The notes: generated by a model from the letters alone, not told the origin. Shown: positions 10,639-18,341, counted from the stretch's first letter. The stretch is 32,000 bases of DNA from an uncultured Erysipelotrichaceae bacterium (GCA_942492995.1 OW818653.1:810001-842000); one strand, 5' to 3'. Made by a program: numbers and translations.

Positions 10639-10701
10639 AAATACTACAATATGATTAAAGCACATATTCATAAATCTTGAGAATTCAATTCATTAGAATA
10701 G

Positions 10702-10905
10702 TTATTTTTTATTCTCAGAATGAATTCCAATTAAAACAAACATAATTCCTATTATTGTAAAAGAAATATATGTTAACACACGAGTATAAATATAAAGATT
10801 TTGACCATATAGGAAAATTCCAATTTTATAAACTACTGAACCCATCAATTGTGATAGAAGAATTATCATTATACCAAATAACATTTCAAAGTTTAGCTTT
10901 CTCAT
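10702..10905 (-). CDS. Small two-TM membrane protein (module C partner; immunity-like)
   Basis: AAGAGG RBS. 67 aa with two hydrophobic helices. Confidence 0.6.
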   Translation of the reverse strand: MRKLNFEMLFGIMIILLSQLMGSVVYKIGIFLYGQNLYIYTRVLTYISFTIIGIMFVLIGIHSENKK

Positions 10906-11001
10906 TTTAACCTCTTTTACTATTTAAAAAAATATATAGTTCAAACCTCAGTTTAAAACAAAAAAATTTCTCAAGTATTTAATTAAACAGAAGTTTAGCT
11001 T

Positions 11002-11604
11002 TTAATATTGAGTTTGTATATACTCTTCTCTATAAGCATATTCATAATGATTTGATGTATAACTTGCTGAAAAATTTATTGTAACTGAAGATCCAACTGC
11101 AACATTTACACCACCACCATAAGTAGTAGTTCCGTTATCAAAGAAATCACCATTTACAATAAAAAATATTTTATATGCCGATTCTAAATTTGCATAAACT
11201 GTTCCGCCAAATTGTTTTGACATATTATCATAATTTCTGTCCATAGAAACATTCAAAATTCTAACAATTCCCCAATAACCGCCACCTTCAGATGTTTCAC
11301 AATAAAATCTCATCTGAATTTTGTACAAAGAAGTTATTTCAACCTGTTTTGCAACAGTTCTATATGTAGCCGATAATGCTCCTAAAGCACTTCTTGAAGT
11401 TGGTAGTGGCATTTGTAATTTAGCCTCTTCAATTGATATTCTATTGTCTTTAGCAATTGCTTCAACAACTTGATCATATGTCATTACTTCACTTATTACA
11501 ATGTTTTTATCATTTATATTTATACTACTATTCTTAGCTGAAACCTCTTGTGGTATAAATAGAAACAAACACAATAATACAACTTTGATAAAAATATTTT
11601 TCAT
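11002..11604 (-). CDS. Secreted protein of unknown function (module C cargo)
   Basis: Sec signal peptide ending QEVSA|K. Mature part is Gly/Asn/Tyr/Thr-rich with a single Cys. AAAGGTGA RBS. Confidence 0.7.
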   Translation of the reverse strand: MKNIFIKVVLLCLFLFIPQEVSAKNSSININDKNIVISEVMTYDQVVEAIAKDNRISIEEAKLQMPLPTSRSALGALSATYRTVAKQVEITSLYKIQMRFYCETSEGGGYWGIVRILNVSMDRNYDNMSKQFGGTVYANLESAYKIFFIVNGDFFDNGTTTYGGGVNVAVGSSVTINFSASYTSNHYEYAYREEYIQTQY

Positions 11605-11619
11605 TTTATCACCTTTCTT

Positions 11620-11695
11620 TTTTCAATTACCACCTATTTAACTAAATCCAAAGAAATTTATTATATTTAGAACTTACTTAATAAAATAGCCTCAA
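11620..11695 (-). pseudogene. Decayed agrD remnant (module C)
   Basis: Same SD + TTG overlap with the agrB stop as at 15850, but it reads M-R-L-F-Y-stop. Downstream ATTTCTTTGGATT aligns with the FFG ring codons of the intact copy. Confidence 0.5.
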
Positions 11696-12255
11696 TCTTT
11701 TACCCCCTTTCTTCCCATTAATAACAATGCTGAAGTACTTATTAATACATAACTAAGAACTAGATATATTGGATTCTTAAGAAAATATAAAACTAATGTT
11801 AATAACATTAAAACAAATGAAATGATTCTGCTTGTAATTTTGTGAAACGATTTTTTCTCTTTACTCATTTTTTTATTCTTATGTTCAATTGGAGCTAGGA
11901 GAAATATTATCACTATTGACATGATCACAGTTATAAATAAACCTTCATATGAAAACATAATGTTACTTCTGTAATAGATAAAAATTAAATATACTGTTAT
12001 AAATGAAAGATTACATGACAAATATGTCTTTGAATGATATCCTCCAGTACATTGGCGAAGCAGTATGAAACATATAAGAAATACGAGCGAATCAAAAAAT
12101 GTATTCGACAAATAGCCAATTATTAATATCAAACTTATTCCGATTAGAGAAGAAATTAGTAATTCAAAACCGTACTTGTATATTTCAAACTTATCTTGAA
12201 TTACTCCAACTTTTTGTAATCTTAGTGTGATTGTGTTTGTAAGTTCATTTATCAT
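11692..12255 (-). CDS. agrB: AgrB-family accessory gene regulator B (AIP-processing membrane peptidase), paralogue 1
   Basis: Polytopic 187-aa protein. LRQCTGGYHSKTYLSC has His and Cys 7 residues apart, as in S. aureus AgrB H77/C84. Confidence 0.85.
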   Translation of the reverse strand: MINELTNTITLRLQKVGVIQDKFEIYKYGFELLISSLIGISLILIIGYLSNTFFDSLVFLICFILLRQCTGGYHSKTYLSCNLSFITVYLIFIYYRSNIMFSYEGLFITVIMSIVIIFLLAPIEHKNKKMSKEKKSFHKITSRIISFVLMLLTLVLYFLKNPIYLVLSYVLISTSALLLMGRKGVKD

Positions 12256-12285
12256 ATTTCTATATACTTAATTTATCAAAATATA

Positions 12286-12316
12286 TTTAAAAACCAAGTA
12301 CTCTGGTGCACTTGGT
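12286..12316 (-). terminator. Conserved hairpin (terminator/attenuator) between kinase and agrB
   Basis: On the minus strand, CCAAGTGCACCAGAGTACTTGG followed by TTTTTAAAT. It starts at the kinase stop codon. Copies also at 16450-16471 and 18063-18084. Confidence 0.6.
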
Positions 12317-13614
12317 CATATTAGTGGTGTATCTGGTATTTTTAATAACACTTCTGCATTAAATACTTTGCTATTTTCATAAAAATCTATACTACCTTCA
12401 TATTTATTCACTATGCTCTTTATGCTCAAAATTCCATACCCATGATTCTTTTTATTTTCTTTTTGTGATTTAAACCAGAAATTTTTCTCTTTGACAGAAT
12501 CCTTAATTGTATTACTAATTTTTATGAATAGGTATTCGTTAATAATCTTTAATTCAACCTGTAAATGTTTATCATTAGGATCAATATTCTCAATCGCATT
12601 ATCTAGCAGATTCCCTAGACTTATCGCTAGATCTCTATCATCAATATTTATTTTATTATCTATGTTTATAGTTATTTTGGATTTAATGTTTAAAGAATTA
12701 GCTATACTTATTTTTTGATTTAATATTGAATCTATTCCTTGAATACCAGTGAAAATATAATCAGAATTGTTTGTAACCTCATTAACATCTCTAAAAAGTT
12801 GATTTAATTTATCAAATTCTTTATTTATAATATATTGATTAGCTAATACTAGAATATGTTTCGTATCATGTCTAAGCTTTTGTAGTTCGAAGTTCAATGT
12901 TTTTAACTCATTGTAACTTCTTTCCCTTGCATGTAGATCTTGAATAACTTGTTCTTGTTCAAACTTAATTTTTTGATCAAATTGAATTTTTATGAAAATA
13001 TAATATACAAATCCAAACTGTAAAATAGCTGCAATAGTCGCAATTCTAATGGTTTTATAGTCAATTTGATGAGTGAAAATAATCCCATAAAGCAATACTA
13101 TAATGCTGTAACTTAGAATTAAAACAACTAATATTAGAAACCAACTCTTCGAATCAACATTATAAGATAGACTTTTCTGACCTTTTATACAGATATTCAA
13201 TATAATTATTAATATGAGTTTAGATAGAATTATCACTATCCACTTGCCATAAGTAATATTATTCAATAAATAAATTATTTCGACATTCAACAACATTGAG
13301 ATAATAAGCAAACTAATAAAATTCGTAATTGCTATCATTAATATAACAAAGACACTAGAAAAAACGCGTTCCAATTTTGAACTTATTGTTGTATAGCTAG
13401 TATATATGTAAAGAAATAATGAGACTAATAGTGGTGAAATACCATCAAATTCGTAGTAATAATTAGAAACAGACAAAGTGATAAAAATTAGTGTTCCAAA
13501 AAGTATAGTAATACTCAAAGAATTCTTCTTACTTTGTTTATGAAAATAATTAACAAAATAAATTAAGATCAATACTTCTATTACATTAAGAAACAAATTT
13601 AAATACAGTTCCAT
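12316..13614 (-). CDS. agrC: AgrC-like sensor histidine kinase (HPK10-type)
   Basis: N-terminal half is polytopic (about 6-7 TM). H-box KLRHDTKHIL, N-box LGNLLDNAIEN and G-box HGYGILSI. Confidence 0.85.
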   Translation of the reverse strand: MELYLNLFLNVIEVLILIYFVNYFHKQSKKNSLSITILFGTLIFITLSVSNYYYEFDGISPLLVSLFLYIYTSYTTISSKLERVFSSVFVILMIAITNFISLLIISMLLNVEIIYLLNNITYGKWIVIILSKLILIIILNICIKGQKSLSYNVDSKSWFLILVVLILSYSIIVLLYGIIFTHQIDYKTIRIATIAAILQFGFVYYIFIKIQFDQKIKFEQEQVIQDLHARERSYNELKTLNFELQKLRHDTKHILVLANQYIINKEFDKLNQLFRDVNEVTNNSDYIFTGIQGIDSILNQKISIANSLNIKSKITINIDNKINIDDRDLAISLGNLLDNAIENIDPNDKHLQVELKIINEYLFIKISNTIKDSVKEKNFWFKSQKENKKNHGYGILSIKSIVNKYEGSIDFYENSKVFNAEVLLKIPDTPLI

Positions 13615-14315
13615 TAATATTTATTCCTTAAATAGTCAATATACTTACTCTTAACATAATTAAATTTTAATCTTGAAACAGGTAGTTTTAAATTATTATG
13701 ATCAATGTACAATTCATTGTTTTCAATTTTATTAACATACTGTAAGTTTACCAATATAGAGTTATGTATTCTAATTAAACGAGTATCATTAATCTCTTCT
13801 TCAAATTTTGAAATACTTTTTCTATATTTGTATTCTCTATTTTTGTTACACTTTATCACAATGTAGTTCTTCATCTTTTCAATGTAAACTATCTCGGTGA
13901 TTTGCAAACTTATGATTTCATTATTTACTGTAATTAATACAGTCTTACGTTTCTTATTAATATCTTCAAGTAAAAGATCTAACGCTAGAATTAAGTCATT
14001 CGTCAATGCACTTTTTCTAACAAAATAAAAAGGGTTTACTTTAAATGAATTGAAAACTAGATTGTCGTGATTTGTAATAAATATAATATACCCGTCAGGA
14101 TTTAACTTTCTAATTTTCTCTGCTAATTCAATACCGTTCATCACTGGCATATCAATATCTAAAAGGTAAACATCAAAAAAATCTTGAGTAATTTTTAAAT
14201 CTGTTGAAAGTTGAAATATTTCCAAATTTAATTCTTGATCTATTTTTTCTCTGACGATTAAACTAATACAATTAATATCGTTAATGTTATCATCAACAAT
14301 TGCAATACGTAACAT
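13614..14315 (-). CDS. agrA: LytTR-family response regulator (AgrA-like)
   Basis: Receiver domain with DD...LLDIDMP. C-terminal LytTR domain (IVYIE...IRIHNS.LVN). TAATG overlap with the kinase start. Confidence 0.9.
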   Translation of the reverse strand: MLRIAIVDDNINDINCISLIVREKIDQELNLEIFQLSTDLKITQDFFDVYLLDIDMPVMNGIELAEKIRKLNPDGYIIFITNHDNLVFNSFKVNPFYFVRKSALTNDLILALDLLLEDINKKRKTVLITVNNEIISLQITEIVYIEKMKNYIVIKCNKNREYKYRKSISKFEEEINDTRLIRIHNSILVNLQYVNKIENNELYIDHNNLKLPVSRLKFNYVKSKYIDYLRNKY

Positions 14316-14471
14316 AAATCCCCCGATGTCTAAATATTATAGTGAAATTATACCATAACCAATCAAATTAGATATTGATCTAAGGAATTCAAGCAAAAAT
14401 GATATTGTCAGTAAGAAAAATCATAAGTGTTTTTTACGTTATTTTGAGAAGTTTTATAACATTTTGCATAT

Positions 14472-14522
14472 AAAAAACTGAAACTTCAAATATAATATAT
14501 CAATATATCTTTGAAGTTTCAG
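14472..14522 (-). terminator. Rho-independent terminator after module B
   Basis: 13-bp stem ctgaaacttcaaa/tttgaagtttcag, followed by T6 on the minus strand. Confidence 0.8.
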
Positions 14523-14570
14523 AGTAATAAAATCACTTAAATTAAAATTATACTTAATTAGTCAATTGCA

Positions 14571-14879
14571 CTAATCAAAAGTAAACCCAGCAGCTTTTTG
14601 TATCGATTTGATTAATTTGACTGTTTTATCGTAACTAATCCCAATCGAAACATCCAATCCATTATTCGCTTTACTAATTACTTCTAACACAAACTCCTCA
14701 ACATTAATTTGAGATCTCAAGTCCTCTGGGACTTCAATATCATGCTCGATTAACCAATTTTGAACATCATCATATTTTAAATTTAAAGCAACTTCTTTTA
14801 GTTCTTCATTAATATTTTTACATGATGTTAAAAAAAATGAGATAAATAGTATAACCAATATTAAACTTAATTTTTTCAT
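14571..14879 (-). CDS. Small lipoprotein (module B partner; immunity-like)
   Basis: MKKLSLILVILFISFFLTSC lipobox. The track start (TTG 14888) is probably too long. Overlaps or abuts the upstream gene. Confidence 0.65.
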   Translation of the reverse strand: MKKLSLILVILFISFFLTSCKNINEELKEVALNLKYDDVQNWLIEHDIEVPEDLRSQINVEEFVLEVISKANNGLDVSIGISYDKTVKLIKSIQKAAGFTFD

Positions 14880-14880
14880 C

Positions 14881-15681
14881 TTATTCAATAGAACCTCTTA
14901 CTTGCAGAAATCCAACAATATAGTATATAGAACTTGTATATGTTGTACTTGGTGCATAAGTTACACCATTAAATGAACCTTCATTTGTCCAAGTTGTATA
15001 GCCTGGTGATGTAAATTTCCATGTTAATATATTTGTATTCCCAGGTTTATGTCTCCATGTATTTACCGTTATTGCTTTCATAACATGAAAATCTGACATA
15101 CCTTTTCTTATCGCTAATACAATATTTGATCCAGAAATCGTTGTAGGTTTAGTTGTTGTTTTATATGCACTAAAGCCCATTTGTGTTAAATCATTTATTA
15201 CTAAGTCAGCCATTTGAGAAATTGACATATCTATTGAAAATCCCCCACCACTTAAATCCCCAGGAGTAAGCCATTGGGTAGTATTAGATAACCCATAAGA
15301 GTAACAATTATAATTTAGAAATGTATTACTCCAACTTCCATAAACTGTACTATTTACTAAAGTATATGCAGCTAGTTGTATATCATTAGTTTTGTATGAG
15401 TATGCAGTTAAAAGTTCATTATAGAGTTGTTGAGTTGGCAAATAGTTGTAAAAACCTGGTTCACCTCTCTTAGCATGCTCATTAAGTTCTTCCAAGATAG
15501 CATCTCTATTTTCCGAATATTTTATTTCATTAGGAATATCAACTCCTAGCAATTGAATTTCATCAATTATAGGGATTGAATTCTCTATATATGCCTTTAC
15601 TGGAGCAGTAAAAATTGAAATAATAATCATCAGAATTGCAAACAAACTTTTCTTAAAAATATAACTTATAGTTTTTTTCAT
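14881..15681 (-). CDS. Secreted protein of unknown function with possible Cys/His hydrolase motif (module B cargo)
   Basis: ATG at 15681 with AAAGGA RBS. Signal peptide ends PVKA|Y. The only Cys of the mature protein sits in NYNCYSYG, with DFHVMK about 75 residues downstream. Confidence 0.7.
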   Translation of the reverse strand: MKKTISYIFKKSLFAILMIIISIFTAPVKAYIENSIPIIDEIQLLGVDIPNEIKYSENRDAILEELNEHAKRGEPGFYNYLPTQQLYNELLTAYSYKTNDIQLAAYTLVNSTVYGSWSNTFLNYNCYSYGLSNTTQWLTPGDLSGGGFSIDMSISQMADLVINDLTQMGFSAYKTTTKPTTISGSNIVLAIRKGMSDFHVMKAITVNTWRHKPGNTNILTWKFTSPGYTTWTNEGSFNGVTYAPSTTYTSSIYYIVGFLQVRGSIE

Positions 15682-15730
15682 ATTTTTCCTTTCATTTAGC
15701 AATTAATACACACATATTCTATGAAATGAA

Positions 15731-15850
15731 TTAGATTTCTGGTTCTTCAGCTTGATATAAGCCAAAGAATGAAGCGCTTCCTGCATTTATATAAGCTGTT
15801 CTTAATGCAATTAGCGCGAATAATCTATAAATACTATCAATTATCTTCAA
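15731..15850 (-). CDS. agrD: AgrD-like autoinducing-peptide precursor, 39 aa, Cys-less (not in ORF track)
   Basis: AGGAGG SD lies 7 nt before a TTG that overlaps the agrB TGA (gaTTGAag). Translation by hand: MKIIDSIYRLFALIALRTAYINAGSASFFGLYQAEEPEI. It has an amphipathic N-terminal helix and an acidic E-P tail, and sits directly after agrB. Confidence 0.7.
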   Translation of the reverse strand: MKIIDSIYRLFALIALRTAYINAGSASFFGLYQAEEPEI

Positions 15851-16410
15851 TCTTTTACCTCCTTTCTTCCCATTAATAACAATACTGAAGTACTTATTAA
15901 TACATAACTAAGAACTAGATATATTGGATTCTTAAGAAAATATAAAACTAATGTTAATAACATTAAAACAAATGAAATGATTCTACTTGTAAATTTGTGA
16001 AATGACTTTTGTTCTATATTCATTTTTTTATTCTTATGTTCCATTGGCGCAAGGATAAATATTATCACTATTGACGTAATCACAATTATAAATAACTCTT
16101 CATATGAAAATGCTATATAATTTCTGTAATAGATAAGAATTAAATATACTGTTATAAACGAAAGATTACATGATAAATAAGTTCTTGAATGATACCCTCC
16201 AGTACATTGGCGAAGTATTATAAAGCAAACAAGAAATACTAGCGAATCAGAAAAAGTATTCGACAATAAGCCTATTATTAATATCAAACTTATTCCGATC
16301 AAAGAAGAAATTAGTAATTCAAAACCGTACTTGTATATTTCAAACTTATCTTGAATTACTCCAACTTTTTGTAATCTTAATGTGATTGTATTTGAAAGTT
16401 CATTTATCAT
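15847..16410 (-). CDS. agrB: AgrB-family protein, paralogue 2
   Basis: About 21 substitutions versus paralogue 1 over 187 aa by eye. H74/C81 motif retained (GGYHSRTYLSC). Confidence 0.85.
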   Translation of the reverse strand: MINELSNTITLRLQKVGVIQDKFEIYKYGFELLISSLIGISLILIIGLLSNTFSDSLVFLVCFIILRQCTGGYHSRTYLSCNLSFITVYLILIYYRNYIAFSYEELFIIVITSIVIIFILAPMEHKNKKMNIEQKSFHKFTSRIISFVLMLLTLVLYFLKNPIYLVLSYVLISTSVLLLMGRKEVKD

Positions 16411-16444
16411 ATTTTCTTTATACTTAATTTATCACAATACATTT

Positions 16445-16540
16445 AAAAACCAAGTGCTCTGGTGCACTTGGTCATATTTCTGGTGTATTTGGTATTTTAA
16501 CAAGAATTTTGAGATTTTTTAAATGAAAATTAAACACTAT
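16445..16540 (-). repeat. Repeat unit: conserved hairpin plus remnant of the kinase 3' end
   Basis: Minus strand AAAATACCAAATACACCAGAAATATGACCAAGTGCACCAGAGCACTTGG aligns with the last codons of the kinase (KIPDTPLI-stop) plus the hairpin at 12293-12360. Confidence 0.7.
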
Positions 16541-16592
16541 TTCAATAGCAACTCATTTAATTATTAAAGCCAATACTATTTTCTTCATGCAC

Positions 16593-16877
16593 TTAGAACT
16601 TCAGTGTTAAAAACAAATACGTAACTATTGCGAGTAAAATACAACTTATATAGCACTTTCCTCTATATTTAGTTGTAGTTGGAATAATTTTCTCAATGCT
16701 ATTAATAAAATTAATAAGAAGTAGAGTACTAATAGATATTACAAAACTCAACTTTGGATAGTCATATAAGGCATAATAAGATTGCGTCAATGTCCATGCC
16801 CAAACAGAAAGAAGTATACCAAGTAAGCAATACAATTTAATTAAAAGTTTTTTTTCCTTCTCCATTAATTTCCTCAC
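16593..16877 (-). CDS. Small three-TM membrane protein (module A partner; immunity-like)
   Basis: GAGGAAA RBS. 94 aa, hydrophobic. Confidence 0.6.
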   Translation of the reverse strand: MRKLMEKEKKLLIKLYCLLGILLSVWAWTLTQSYYALYDYPKLSFVISISTLLLINFINSIEKIIPTTTKYRGKCYISCILLAIVTYLFLTLKF

Positions 16878-17016
16878 AAATTAGTCGTGTTTGCTAATAG
16901 CTTAATTTAAACAACATATAAGTACTTTATAAATATCTAATTTTGTATAGAAGTTATTTCACAATCAATATCTTATGACTATTTGGCTTTTCTTTTAAAT
17001 TATCTCCACAATTATT

Positions 17017-17706
17017 TCATGGCCCACCTGGTGTTGTATTGGTAAAGTCATAGTATTCATATATAGGAGAACCACTATAATCGGCATGAAAATAACCCTT
17101 AGAGACACAGTTCATCCAGTACCAACCAACAAAATATAAATTCCCATTCAAATCCATAGCTAGTTGTTCGTATGTATCTACTTCTGTTTTAAACCATATC
17201 CCACTTCCAGTATAACTCACAAATGTTGCAGAAGAAATAAGTGAAGTTGCAAACGATAACGCTTCAACCCAAGGCATTTTTTTGATTTTTGCGATAATAG
17301 CCAGTGCTAATGATGCTGTACTCATTCCGATCGAAAACCCACCAATATAATGATTAAATGTATTTGTACCAACATATCTATCATAATAGCCATTTGCCAT
17401 TGGCTGAACTAAGCTAGGAGTACTTTCACTTCTTTCAATATAATCCATTTCTCCACTATATTTCTCAATATTACCATTTTTATTCACAATCAGAATATAT
17501 TTATTGTTAGGAAAATATTCTATTCTTGATTTTACTACGACACCTTCTTCGATGTAATTAGCTTCTTCTACAAAAACTTCACCAATTAAGTATCTTTTCT
17601 CATTAAATGTTCTATTCACATTTGAACCAATTTTCATTCCATTTACGGGTTGAATATTTATTATTGTAATCATAGCTATCACAAATAATTTTATAATTTT
17701 ACTCAT
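17017..17706 (-). CDS. Secreted protein of unknown function (module A cargo)
   Basis: AGAGGAAAGGG RBS. Signal peptide ends around PVNG. A central hydrophobic stretch (GFSIGMSTASLALAIIAKI). No family recognised. Confidence 0.65.
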   Translation of the reverse strand: MSKIIKLFVIAMITIINIQPVNGMKIGSNVNRTFNEKRYLIGEVFVEEANYIEEGVVVKSRIEYFPNNKYILIVNKNGNIEKYSGEMDYIERSESTPSLVQPMANGYYDRYVGTNTFNHYIGGFSIGMSTASLALAIIAKIKKMPWVEALSFATSLISSATFVSYTGSGIWFKTEVDTYEQLAMDLNGNLYFVGWYWMNCVSKGYFHADYSGSPIYEYYDFTNTTPGGP

Positions 17707-17758
17707 ATCTTTGAATTCCCTTTCCTCTTTTGATTTTGGATTTTACTATTTCTTATAC

Positions 17759-18023
17759 TTAGTTTTTATTTATCCCAAAGAATTGCACTTTCAAAACTCT
17801 TATTTAAAAAATGCTTAGTAGAAATCTTGTTAATTCCAACATAATTTCTCTCTGTTTTTCATGATAAACTTCTTTCATTCAATGAAATTAAGACTAAAAT
17901 TATCATAAATTTTTTTTGAAACAATAAGTAATACAAAATGTACTTATAAATTTCAAACTTTTCTTTAATTACTCAAATTTCAAGTAATCTTAGTGCTACT
18001 ATATTTGAAAGTTCATTTATCAT
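17759..18023 (-). pseudogene. Decayed agrB (5' fragment with in-frame TGA) plus decayed agrD remnant
   Basis: ATG at 18023 reads MINELSNIVALRLLEI-stop, with TGA where the paralogues have GGA. Homology continues (VIKEKFEIYKY) and then collapses. At 17842..17759 a short frame with an in-frame TAA (17806..17804) retains the TTCTTTGG (FFG) codons. Confidence 0.65.
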
Positions 18024-18054
18024 ATTTTCTCTATACTTAATTTATCAGAATATA

Positions 18055-18150
18055 TTTAAAAACCAAGTACTCTGGTGCACTTGGTTATATTTGTGGTGTA
18101 TTAGGTATTCTTTCAATTATTTCTAGATTTTTTAATGGAATATTTGAACA
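18055..18150 (-). repeat. Repeat unit: conserved hairpin plus remnant of the kinase 3' end (third copy)
   Basis: Minus strand GAATACCTAATACACCACAAATATAACCAAGTGCACCAGAGTACTTGG aligns with the kinase 3' end and hairpin. Confidence 0.7.
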
Positions 18151-18341
18151 TATTTTTATCTTAGATCATTTATTATCTGAACTATAAATATCTTAAGTAA
18201 TAAGAGATTAATTTTATTTTTTTATTTGTAAAAAAATATTGTTTGAGTTTAAGAATACTTTAATTTTGTATAAATGACAATAAAATTATGTTTAAATAAT
18301 AATTCCGAATTGTAACTATGATTATATATTCATATCTAATA

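Noticed and set aside
9900-10700. CRISPR array or other short-period repeats in the long non-coding AT-rich stretches (also 17707-18340)
   Set aside because: No regularly spaced direct repeats are visible. There are only isolated hairpins (for example agaggcatgcctct near 9917-9930) and the att arms already listed.
11002-11604. Lactococcin-972-like bacteriocin call for the 200-aa secreted protein, because of a GGGYWG stretch
   Set aside because: The protein is about twice the size of that family and the similarity is a single short Gly/Trp patch. That is not enough to name a family.
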